Part shown: in pieces, positions 13,161 to 25,330 of the stretch
Layout: the number at the start of each line of letters is the position of its first letter
Position numbering within the stretch: the stretch's first letter is position 1
NCBI GenBank assembly: GCA_010093815.1
Contig: ML996592.1
Length of the DNA stretch: 64,000 nt
Strand: one strand, 5' to 3'
Origin: Pseudovirgaria hyperparasitica
Taxonomy: Eukaryota
Notes under the pieces: generated by a model
The model's input: only the letters and a program-made list of their open reading frames with translations
Database searches by the model: none
Told to the model about the DNA's origin: nothing
Made by a program: the position numbers and the translations under genes

Positions 13161-16100
13161 TGCGGTTCTCCCGGGGTTCTTCCGACGTATACCGGGGTTC
13201 TTCTAGTATATATCGGGCTTCTTCCGGTATATATACGCGGGTCTACTAGAACTAGGGGAGAGGAAGGTATACGAGCATCTATCGGGCGACGTCCTTAGGG
13301 TACTTATTAAGCTATCGCGTGATATCGGAGGTCCTTATTATACGGATAAGGGCTTATCTTAGGGTATAGAGGCTAGAGCACGTCGCGAGGTAGTAGCGTA
13401 TTATACCTCTCCGGCCGTAGTCCTCGCACTAGAGAGATATATCTAGGACGCCTCTCTAGTAGAGGTAATATAGAAGACCTATAGCGCCTATTCGGGCTTA
13501 GAGGAGTATAGATACTTAGGCCTTCGTTAGCCCTTTATATATCTATTTACTTAGTTCCTTCTAAGGCCCTCGGATCTATTCTAGATACCTATTCTATTAG
13601 GAGGCCTACTAGGCTTTAAGTATCTCCCTCTATTTATTCTAGATCTATAACCGTATAACGCGGCTAAGCTCCTTAGGGCTCTATTAGCTTAGGATAGCAT
13701 CCGGGTTATTTTAAACCTCCTATACGGTCTAGCTCGAGTCCGCCTCTATATGGTATTTATATTATACTTGAGTTCGTCCTATAGTAGAGAGGGCCTAGTA
13801 ATATATGCAGATACGTGTACGTAGTACGACGAAGGTATATACCCTATCTTCTCTACGTTCTTATACTTATTATTTAGTAAAGTATATAAGTCTCTATATC
13901 TAGTAGAAGTCCTATATACTCGTTACGTTTATCTCGCGTTAGAGGAGCGTTATATTAGTAGCTTTATATATACCGGAGATAAGGCGGAGTATACGGTTTT
14001 ATATAGACTTAAGCTTTGCCCGCCGAGCTTATATAAGGGCTATATACTAGTACTCGTGTCCGTATATAAAGGCTAGGCGTACTAGAGAGACGTATAGCTA
14101 TCTCGCCTTATCCTAGACTATTCCCTATATAGATACCGTAATCCGGCGTATAGCGGTTTCTATCTAGAGGGCTCTAGAGACGGCGTGTACCATCTATGGT
14201 CCCTATTTTAGCTTATTATCGATTATAACGCCGAGTGCTCGTATACTCTATACTAGTGGTTCTATAAAGGCGTCGATTTAGGGGCGATGTACTCTCTCCC
14301 TAGTAGCCTATCCTCTATAGTAGTTAATAAAGTATATAAGCTAGTATTTTTTAGGTGTGAATTTTACTCCGTGGCGCTTTACCTACTAGACGCATTTCTT
14401 ATGGTCTCGTTCGAGTCGTATATATATTCTACTAGTACTACTATCGACCGTAAGAAGGTATATATTATCCGCGTATCCGACTACCTCTATATATTCTATT
14501 CCCTAAAGGAGATCTACTATAAAGAAGAGGAAGAGGATCGGGGAGATAGTGCTCCCTTATAGGATGCCGTATACTATCTCCTTATATTCGCTTTGGTATC
14601 TAGGGATATATATTTAAGTAGTCCTTTACGCGAGGAAGGACTATATAAATTATATAATCTACTTAGGTATTCGCCTTATCCGGAGGTTATAGATAAGTCT
14701 TATATAGTTTACCTTATTAAACGCCCCTACTATGTCTAGGGAGAGTAGTATAACGACTCGTCCTTATTTCTATATAGTCTAGATAACCTCGAGGATATAT
14801 TAAATGGCTATAATTAGGGAGCTTTCTACCTTCGCCTTCTGGTTTACTAGAAGAAGGCCGTATACCTATACTACTATACTTATCTTCTTAGTAATTATAG
14901 CTTCTAGTACCTTACTAAGGTAGAAGAGGAGGGCGATCGGCCTCTATCCCTTCAGCGTGTTTAGGCTCTTCCCTAGTTTTAGGAGTATAACTATATATAT
15001 AGTTTAGAAGCTCTATAGGTGGTATTCTATACGGGCGCACGCTCGGAATATATAGCCTATAATCGGTAAGGTCACCTATATAGTCCTCTTAAGGCATTGA
15101 TTCGGAATTCTATCTAGCCCGGGCGCTTTATCGTTCGGGAGTGTCTTAATAGCGCCGAGTATATCGTCGTCCGTGATTTCCCTAGGGATACTTATAGCTT
15201 CCGGGTATTCCGTGCTATTAATATTAAATAGGTCTACGGGTTCTAGGAGAGGGAATATAATCTCTTATAGGATCTCTATTTTCTCGAGGCTTGTAGAGTA
15301 TATCTTTTCTTAATATATAAGAGGGGGTATAAGTGGTGTAGGTGTCGGGGAGGCGGTGCTTTTGGCCCATTTTACTATATACCATAGTCTAGTGGTATTA
15401 CGTGTGTATCTATCTATAACTATATACTACTATTTACATCGCTCGTTGCGGAGGACCTTATCTCGTTATCTTCTCGCCTCTCTCTATTTATTCTACGCTT
15501 TAGGTATATGGTTATAGTATACGCGTGTATATAATCTCTAGACTTCTCGTCTATACTCTCGTACTTAAGATATACTTTTCGGGTCTAGGGGTCTATATAT
15601 TTGGTACGGCACGTGTTTATCTCTTACTCCCTAGTATACCTATAGGAGTATATTCACGGCCTGGTCGATGGCCGGGCCATTAGATATATCGACTATAGAC
15701 GGGTCTAGAATCGTTAATTCCAGGTCCTTTAGGTACTTTTTTTAGTTAGTATCCTTCTATAGCTATCGCCCTCATTAGTCTTAAGGGGTAGATACGTCTA
15801 TTACGGTCTCTATATATTTATAGTCGGAGTCTATCTATATAAGGCTTGGGCGGTAGTATTAAGTTCTATTATAAATATGTCTAGTGGCTAGGGTAAGGTC
15901 GAGTATAGATCCGCCCTTATCTTATTTATGTTTTCGCTAGGTAATCTATTCTACTAGTATAAGAAGGTATAGGAAGCCGTGGTATTGGGTGCGTAGTTCT
16001 CTAGCTCGAAGCTCTTCGCGGGTGACGGTTAGTCCACCCTACTAGCTATAATAGAGGTTAAAGTCTTCTAGGAGGATGTGTTATCCTAGCTCGGTAGTGC

Positions 16101-17916
16101 CCTTAAGCATGTTATCCGCCTAAAGCGATCGGTTCTAATTATATATATTATGTATATGGAGGGGTCCGATATTCGTCTAGAGGTATAGTATTATCTAGAG
16201 GTTATCCCGTTTAGTATATAACTATAATAAGAGTAGGATAGACTTATAGACATGGAAGAGGACTCTCCTCTCCGGTCCTAGGGGGTATATTATATAATAT
16301 CCTAGGTGTGTTATTAGTTTATTCATCTGGTAGTATTTATATAGCTCCTATATAGCGAGTATTATAGCTCCGGTCTCCTCGAGGAGTATCGCCTAGTTCT
16401 TATGTTTATACTATATGTTTGCCTATATAATTAGGAGTATATCTTGGTCTCTTATTAGGTGCTAGGGAATATATAGGCCTATATATTTATTTCTCTAAGA
16501 CGCGACTATCCTCGTACGGCGGCGGCCTTAGTAATTCCTTAGGGTCGTTCTATTATTAGCTTTCTTAGGACGGTTTACTATTTCTAACCGCTTCCTTATA
16601 AGGAGGTAGTCTATAGTAGTAGTATTATAGTAAAGAGAGGAACGGTAGTAGGTCGCATCGTTTATAGCTACCTTACTCCCTTTATCCGGATTAAGTAGAT
16701 ATATTTAGTAACCTATTTGCGTTTCGCGCACGTAGCTAACTACGATAGGTGCTTACCGTCGTAGTTAGAGTACTTTACTATATCCCTATCCCTCTAGCCC
16801 TCTCCTCGTGTCCTATAGGGGCACTTCTAGGTACTATATTCTTATCGATACTACCTATACCTAGTCTTTTAGGAGTACCGCTATACCGTATACCCGTATC
16901 CCTAATAGTTAAAGTACTATATTATCGCCTATGCTCTATCCCATGGTTCCGCTATAAGAAGCTCCCCTTCCGCTAGGAATCCCTCTTACGTAATTTAATA
17001 CGCGAGGGCGGGGTCCTTAAGCTCTACTATTATAGTAGAGTATACCTTTAATCTAGTTTTAATCCCTTATATATTCTTCTACTATACTCTTACGATCTTA
17101 ATTCCTAGGTATTTTCGCTCGTTTAACTATTCTATCCGTATAATATCCTCTTCTCTAATAACCTATCCGCTTATAGGTATAGAGTATATCTATATCGGGT
17201 ATGTGGCCGCCCTAATAGAGGCGCCTAGAAAGATACTACTAATCGCGTTCGGATCGCGTGAGATAGTCTACTACGCGATATTCGTTATCGTGGTAAGTAC
17301 TACTCCTCCTAGCATGAGTTTAGCGGCGACGACGTTTAACTATATTCTCTTTTATTTATTAATCTTACTTACTATATCCTTTAGGGATGCTTACTAGACC
17401 TATACTAGGGTGTCCTTATCCTAGATTACGACGCGTATACTATACGCCATATTACCGGTCCGGGGGGCCCGTGGTATAGCCTCCGGTGTTACTACTATTT
17501 ATACCTATATACTAGGGCGCTTACCTTAAGTAAGTTCCTCCTGGATTCTACGTAGGCTAGCCTCTATTCGGTCGAGTCTACCCTCCGGTCCTCCTAGTTA
17601 TATCTTCTTCTTCTTCTCCGTAATTCCCTTTAGATTCTAGATAAGGTCCTAGAATATATATAGAAGGGTCTTCTAGCCCTCTCCGGCTTCCTTCTCTATA
17701 CATACTACCTAGTAGTTAATATAATCTAGAAGGGTTTCCCCTCTCGGGGTCCCCTTTATTCCGTCTATCTATAGCGGCGTGCGCCTTTAGATGTGTTCTA
17801 CGTTTTAGATAGGTATATAGTTACCCTTAGTAATATTGCTATATAGCCTTTTCTATTATACTAGTAGGGGTATATCCGGTATATACCGGGGTATATTAGT
17901 GCCTAAGGCCGCCATA

Positions 17917-17949
17917 TTTATTAGTTAAGGGCTACCCTTAACTAATAAA
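17917..17949. repeat. Conserved palindrome (5' site of LINE-B1, immediately before ORF1 ATG)
   Basis: TTTATTAGTTAAGGG-CTA-CCCTTAACTAATAAA; CAT (minus-strand ATG) at 17913-17915. Confidence 0.95.
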
Positions 17950-19556
17950 AGGGGGTTGGTATATCGGCGTTCTAGTAGCGTGGTCCGTGCCTCTATCTCC
18001 GTAAGGATTTTAAGAGGGTATATATATATCTTTACACGGCGATAACGTCTTGGTTTCGACGCTGCACGTACGTGCGTGTAGTAGTAGTTAGTATACTCGG
18101 TATACTCTATCGATTAAGGTGTGTATCTCGCTGTATTACCCCGAATGGACTAAGTTAGCCTCTTAGGGATGTAAAAGAAGTTTAAATATTAATAATAAAG
18201 TAAACTTCTCGAAGGAATAAAGTATATAGAGATAGTCGGATACGCTAATAATATATATCTCCTAGCTATTAATAATAATACTAACCGAATATATAGACGA
18301 CTAGAATAGGACTATAAGAGGTGCCTCTAGTAGGTAAAACGCTATAGAGTAATGTTCGCCCCGGAGAAATACTAGCTTATATACTTTATTAACCATTAAG
18401 GGAAATAGGTAACTAGAGAAGGTGAATAATGCCCCCGAATTAACGTATTTAACGAACTACTAGCATAAAGTATACACGCGCTCGGAGTTATACTAGATAG
18501 TAAGCTTAAATAGGGACTATAAGTGGTATACACCGTCTCTAGGGCCCTCTAGATAGAAGCCGCTATATAATGGATTATAGCCTCCACGTGGGGAACCGCC
18601 TAGAATAAGGCACGCTAGCTATATATATCTATAGCATGACCCGCCTTCACGTATAGACACGAGTACTAGTACACGGCCCTTATATAGATTAGGCGAATAA
18701 AGCTCGAATCTATATAGAACCGTATACTCCGTCTTATATTAGGCGTATATAAAGCTACTAACACGGTGCTACTACGACGCGAGATAGACGTTATAAGTAT
18801 ATATAACTTCTACTAGATATAGAGGGTAGTATACTTTACTAAATAATAAGTATAGAAACGCATAGGAAATATAGAATATACTTTCGCCATACTACGTATA
18901 CGAATTAGTATATATTACTATATACTCCTATATATAGGCCGGAATTAAATACGGTATAGGTGCTTAATAGAAGCTAACTCTAGCTAAGTAGTATAAGAAG
19001 TCCGAGATAACCCGGACGCTTTTCTAAACTAGTAGAGCCTTTAAGAACTTATAAAAAATATACGGTCGTGGACTTAAGATAAGTAGAAAGAGGCACTCCG
19101 TGCCTACTAGACCTTCTAGTAGAATAGGTACCTAGAGTAGATTTAAGGGCTATAGAAGGAACTAAGTAAATAGATATATAAAGGGCTAACGAAAGCCTAA
19201 GTATCTATACTTATCTAAGCCCGAACGGGCGCTATAGGACTCCTATACTATATCTATAAGAGAGGCGTTCCCGATACCTCCCTATAGTATAAGGTATATA
19301 GCCGGAGAGGTATAATACGCTACTATCTAGCTATATACCCTAACCTCTATATATAACGGTAATAGCTTATTCATGTTACGAAGACTTTAGATATCGTATA
19401 ATGGCTTAATAAGTACCCTAAGGACGTCTCCTAATAGATACTTATATATCTACTACTCCTCTAGTACTAGTAGACCTAGAAATATATACTAGAAGAGACC
19501 CGGTATACGCTGGTAGTAACCCGATATATACCGGAAGAACCCTAGGAGAACCCCGA

Positions 19557-19587
19557 TTATTAGTTAAGGGCAGCCCTTAACTAATAA
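19557..19587. repeat. Conserved palindrome (3' site of LINE-A1; unmutated CAG centre)
   Basis: TTATTAGTTAAGGG-CAG-CCCTTAACTAATAA. The gap duplicate adds copies at 21048-21080 (of the B1 5' site) and 22688-22718 (of this site). Confidence 0.95.
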
Positions 19588-22500
19588 CCTCCGCACCTAT
19601 ACGTACTACCTAAGGGTAAAATAACGGTAATATAGGCTATAGACTAATAGGCGTACCCTATAGCTATATACTTAAGACGAAATAGAGGTTTAATGAGATG
19701 TAGTTATAGATATAAGGAANNNNNNNNNNTAAGGAGGTAGTCTATAGTAGTAGTATTATAGTAAAGAGAGGAACGGTAGTAGGTCGCATCGTTTATAGCT
19801 ACCTTACTCCCTTTATCCGGATTAAGTAGATATATTTAGTAACCTATTTGCGTTTCGCGCACGTAGCTAACTACGATAGGTGCTTACCGTCGTAGTTAGA
19901 GTACTTTACTATATCCCTATCCCTCTAGCCCTCTCCTCGTGTCCTATAGGGGCACTTCTAGGTACTATATTCTTATCGATACTACCTATACCTAGTCTTT
20001 TAGGAGTACCGCTATACCGTATACCCGTATCCCTAATAGTTAAAGTACTATATTATCGCCTATGCTCTATCCCATGGTTCCGCTATAAGAAGCTCCCCTT
20101 CCGCTAGGAATCCCTCTTACGTAATTTAATACGCGAGGGCGGGGTCCTTAAGCTCTACTATTATAGTAGAGTATACCTTTAATCTAGTTTTAATCCCTTA
20201 TATATTCTTCTACTATACTCTTACGATCTTAATTCCTAGGTATTTTCGCTCGTTTAACTATTCTATCCGTATAATATCCTCTTCTCTAATAACCTATCCG
20301 CTTATAGGTATAGAGTATATCTATATCGGGTATGTGGCCGCCCTAATAGAGGCGCCTAGAAAGATACTACTAATCGCGTTCGGATCGCGTGAGATAGTCT
20401 ACTACGCGATATTCGTTATCGTGGTAAGTACTACTCCTCCTAGCATGAGTTTAGCGGCGACGACGTTTAACTATATTCTCTTTTATTTATTAATCTTACT
20501 TACTATATCCTTTAGGGATGCTTACTAGACCTATACTAGGGTGTCCTTATCCTAGATTACGACGCGTATACTATACGCCATATTACCGGTCCGGGGGGCC
20601 CGTGGTATAGCCTCCGGTGTTACTACTATTTATACCTATATACTAGGGCGCTTACCTTAAGTAAGTTCCTCCTGGATTCTACGTAGGCTAGCCTCTATTC
20701 GGTCGAGTCTACCCTCCGGTCCTCCTAGTTATATCTTCTTCTTCTTCTCCGTAATTCCCTTTAGATTCTAGATAAGGTCCTAGAATATATATAGAAGGGT
20801 CTTCTAGCCCTCTCCGGCTTCCTTCTCTATACATACTACCTAGTAGTTAATATAATCTAGAAGGGTTTCCCCTCTCGGGGTCCCCTTTATTCCGTCTATC
20901 TATAGCGGCGTGCGCCTTTAGATGTGTTCTACGTTTTAGATAGGTATATAGTTACCCTTAGTAATATTGCTATATAGCCTTTTCTATTATACTAGTAGGG
21001 GTATATCCGGTATATACCGGGGTATATTAGTGCCTAAGGCCGCCATATTTATTAGTTAAGGGCTACCCTTAACTAATAAAAGGGGGTTGGTATATCGGCG
21101 TTCTAGTAGCGTGGTCCGTGCCTCTATCTCCGTAAGGATTTTAAGAGGGTATATATATATCTTTACACGGCGATAACGTCTTGGTTTCGACGCTGCACGT
21201 ACGTGCGTGTAGTAGTAGTTAGTATACTCGGTATACTCTATCGATTAAGGTGTGTATCTCGCTGTATTACCCCGAATGGACTAAGTTAGCCTCTTAGGGA
21301 TGTAAAAGAAGTTTAAATATTAATAATAAAGTAAACTTCTCGAAGGAATAAAGTATATAGAGATAGTCGGATACGCTAATAATATATATCTCCTAGCTAT
21401 TAATAATAATACTAACCGAATATATAGACGACTAGAATAGGACTATAAGAGGTGCCTCTAGTAGGTAAAACGCTATAGAGTAATGTTCGCCCCGGAGAAA
21501 TACTAGCTTATATACTTTATTAACCATTAAGGGAAATAGGTAACTAGAGAAGGTAAATAATGCCCCCGAATTAACGTATTTAACGAACTACTAGCATAAA
21601 GTATACACGCGCTCGGAGTTATACTAGATAGTAAGCTTAAATAGGGACTATAAGTGGTATACACCGTCTCTAGGGCCCTCTAGATAGAAGCCGCTATATA
21701 ATGGATTATAGCCTCCACGTGGGGAACCGCCTAGAATAAGGCACGCTAGCTATATATATCTATAGCATGACCCGCCTTCACGTATAGACACGAGTACTAG
21801 TACACGGCCCTTATATAGATTAGGCGAATAAAGCTCGAATCTATATAGAACCGTATACTCCGTCTTATATTAGGCGTATATAAAGCTACTAACACGGTGC
21901 TACTACGACGCGAGATAGACGTTATAAGTATATATAACTTCTACTAGATATAGAGGGTAGTATACTTTACTAAATAATAAGTATAGAAACGCATAGGAAA
22001 TATAGAATATACTTTCGCCATACTACGTATACGAATTAGTATATATTACTATATACTCCTATATATAGGCCGGAATTAAATACGGTATAGGTGCTTAATA
22101 GAAGCTAACTCTAGCTAAGTAGTATAAGAAGTCCGAGATAACCCGGACGCTTTTCTAAACTAGTAGAGCCTTTAAGAACTTATAAAAAATATACGGTCGT
22201 GGACTTAAGATAAGTAGAAAGAGGCACTCCGTGCCTACTAGACCTTCTAGTAGAATAGGTACCTAGAGTAGATTTAAGGGCTATAGAAGGAACTAAGTAA
22301 ATAGATATATAAAGGGCTAACGAAAGCCTAAGTATCTATACTTATCTAAGCCCGAACGGGCGCTATAGGACTCCTATACTATATCTATAAGAGAGGCGTT
22401 CCCGATACCTCCCTATAGTATAAGGTATATAGCCGGAGAGGTATAATACGCTACTATCTAGCTATATACCCTAACCTCTATATATAACGGTAATAGCTTA

Positions 22501-22969
22501 TTCATGTTACGAAGACTTTAGATATCGTATAATGGCTTAATAAGTACCCTAAGGACGTCTCCTAATAGATACTTATATATCTACTACTCCTCTAGTACTA
22601 GTAGACCTAGAAATATATACTAGAAGAGACCCGGTATACGCTGGTAGTAACCCGATATATACCGGAAGAACCCTAGGAGAACCCCGATTATTAGTTAAGG
22701 GTAGCCCTTAACTAATAACCTCCGTACCTATACGTGCTATCTAAGGGTAAAATAACGGTAATATAGGCTATAGACTAATAGGCGTACTCTATAGCTATAT
22801 ACTTAAGACGAAATAGAGGTTTAACGAGATATAGTTATAGATATAAGGAAGTTTTTCTCTATAGGGTTTCTTCTTATATAGTAGCTTAGACTAGAGGAGG
22901 CATAGGCCTATAGAGTACTACTCTACCTAGTTATATAATATTATTATTATTATTATTATAGAAAGAAAA

Positions 22970-25102
22970 AAGAAAAAGAAGAAGAAGAAGAGAATTAAAT
23001 ACTAAAGAAAAAGATCTAGAGACTAGTATATTCTAATAGATCTATAGATTAGTCTAATAGAGCCCTAATACTAATACTAGAGAAATACCGCCTATACTAT
23101 AATAGAAGATTAGTAAGAGAATATAACTAGAGTCTAGAATTAAACCTATATTTAATTCTACTAGACTACTATATCTATTATCTAGATAATTATCTAGAAG
23201 ATAATAGTACTAGAAATATAGTTAGTAATTATTTATCTAGAGAGTCTAAATAGTCTTATATAGAAAGTAGACTAGCTACTTATAAAGACTATAAAGCCTT
23301 TATAGTTTTTAGAATCTAGATAAGGTTCTTATAGATATCTAGTCTAAACTAATTATTAGCTAAGTATTATAATATAGAACTAGAAGAGAAAAGAACTTAT
23401 ACTCTAGTATTAGTTAAATAGATCTATACTATATAAGTAATATAAGTAATCTCTAGTCTAAAATACTCGGTTAATAGTTATTATAATAAGGAATTCTAAG
23501 TAACTTATAAGTTCTAATAATTTATCTTTCTTAAGGTATAATAAATATAAGAGTAAGTTTAATTTAACTAGGTAAACTAGTAGAGTCTAACATGAATAAT
23601 ATAGAGTCTAGTACTTACTACTTAGTTAGTATAGTCCTTACTAGCTAGGGTATAGCCCTAGTAGTAAATAATATTATTTATCTATAGAATCTAAGTATTA
23701 GTAACTAGACTCTAACTAGATAAGAAAGAAGAATCTAGTCTTATAATAGAGAATAATAAGGTTATTAGAGTCTAGAAAAATAGAAGAAAAACTATATCTT
23801 TATACCTAGAACTCTTAAAATTATAAATAGGTCTTTATAAATAGAATATTATAAATAAGATATCTATAATATATAAGTATCTATTTATATATAACTCTAA
23901 AATATATAAATAACCCTTATTTATATACTCTTAATAGATAAGTAAATAGTTCTAGTATATATAATAATAGATACTCTATTAACTAAGAAGTACCTAGTAT
24001 AGATAGATTAATATAAAAATAGTTCTTAATTAGAGAACTAAACCCTTTCTTCTATATACTTAATAATAGATCTAAGATCTAAGAAGATATAGAGCTAAAT
24101 CAAAGTAGATATATAGATAGTATAGCTAGTAGAATTTTACTAGACTTACTATATAAATATATATATTAAGTCTAAGTAGTCTAGCTTATAGAGAGTACTA
24201 TATATAGTAATAATAGAGATTACTACTATACTATAGTAATAATTATTACTACTAAGGTAAGAATAAATACTATTATATTAGAAGTTATTTATAGAAGAAT
24301 AGTTATTTATCTAGTACTAGAGATATAGATATAAAAGAAGCTACTAACTTAGAAATTAAACTATCTTCTATAAATAACCTATAATAGATTTAATAGATAG
24401 ATTCTTTTAATAGAAGATATATATACTATAATCTAATAGTAGATATTAAGTCTACTTACTAAGGCCTATATTAGAGAGTATTATATATAATAATAACTAT
24501 TACTATAAATTAATAGTAATTACTATTATAATAAGTAAGTATAGAAGAATAGCTTTAAAAATAGTTTCCTAGAAGGCTAGTAGGAATAGACTAGATAATA
24601 CTTACTTATAAGTAGTCTTCTACTAGTATAGACTCTAGTAATAAATAAGTAGAGAGAGAGAGTAGTATTAAGGGTAGACTCTAGATATACTTAACGCTAG
24701 TATACTATATCTATACTATTACTATTTTCTTACTTAATAAGACTAAGTAAGTCTCTTTTTAATAGTATACTTTCTTCTATATCTTAAGAAAGCTAAGTAG
24801 ACTATAGCTTTCTCTCTTATTAAACTTATTATATTCTATAAATACTCTTATATCTATATATATGTTATATTTCTATAATATATATAATATTAAAATTAAA
24901 ATTAATATTAAAGCTATAGATAAAGAATTTAAAGTTAAAAAAATCCTAGAGTCTAGAATTAGTAATAGAATACTAGAATATCTAATTAAGTAGAAAGACT
25001 ATAGATATAAATTAAATACTTAGAAACCTAGAGAATATTTAATAAACTACTAGTAACTATTATAGAAGTTCTATTAAATAAATCTAGATTTATCTAGTTC
25101 TC
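22970..25102 (+). pseudogene. Heavily RIPed relic encoding a chromodomain; family unresolved, continues after 32519
   Basis: ~24915-25075 de-RIPs to EEFEVEKILESRI.NG.LEYLIKWKGYG...NTWEP.EHL.NC. Intron-like GTAAGT...GCTAA..TAG at 24747-24800. Confidence 0.6.
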
Positions 25103-25330
25103 TGTAAGAATAGGGTTATTAGATAGTAGTATAGTTAGATAGAATAATATAGTATATTCTATCCTAGAACGAATTACTACTAAACCCTTTTAGTAGAAAT
25201 CTAAGAGTATATATATAAAGGGACGCCGATCTATCTAGCACGTAACTATTTACCGCCCTTCCCGCCACCTCCTAACTCTATTAGCTAAGGTATATATAGA
25301 TTAGATTATATCTAAGGCTAAGTCCTAATA
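25103..25330 (-). repeat. 3' LTR of Gypsy-2
   Basis: Direct repeat of 32287-32514, differing by RIP-type transitions. Confidence 0.95.

Larger units (their letters stand above)
12892..18211 (-). mobile_element. Tad1-like LINE subfamily B, full-length copy B1, nested antisense in the RT of A1
   Basis: (TAA)n tail at 12892. ORF1 ATG at 17915 reads into QCFNCQGYGH...C..C...H knuckles; APE-RT ORF2 follows. 13-bp TSD AAGGAATAAAGTA at 12879-12891 and 18212-18224. Confidence 0.93.
16599..22850. repeat. Near-identical 3121-bp direct duplication (16599-19719 = 19730-22850) around a 10-N gap; probable assembly overlap
   Basis: Offset 3131, Ns at 19720-19729. The few differences I found are mostly near the contig end. 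Confidence 0.85.
9974..22956 (+). mobile_element. Tad1-like LINE subfamily A, copy A1 (5'-truncated in ORF1, interrupted by LINE-B1 and the gap duplication)
   Basis: ORF1 CCHC knuckles at ~10480-10680. ORF2 APE motifs (IQANVQ...AIQEP ~10950-11045, LLGDFNLHH ~11305, SDH ~11555) and RT motifs (K.PG.DGI ~12255, GIPQGSTISPILF ~12815, YADD at 18241). C-terminal CCHC; (TTA)n tail ends at ~22956. Confidence 0.92.

Noticed and set aside
19630..19700. Hammerhead or HDV-like ribozyme in the LINE UTRs (CTAATAG...GAAA)
   Set aside because: The required stems could not be built and the core is not shared with subfamily B. RIP prevents a firm exclusion.
3939..20528. ORF-track ORFs in the AT-rich blocks (3939, 10001, 14287, 16749, 17203, 19880, 20334; also 48984)
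   Set aside because: They are antisense to RIPed TE frames and Ile/Tyr/Leu-rich because of RIP; not genes.
12892..22956. Large TIR DNA transposon suggested by inverted ends at 12892 and 22956
   Set aside because: Explained by the 3' ends of two related LINEs in opposite orientation, each with its own TSD.
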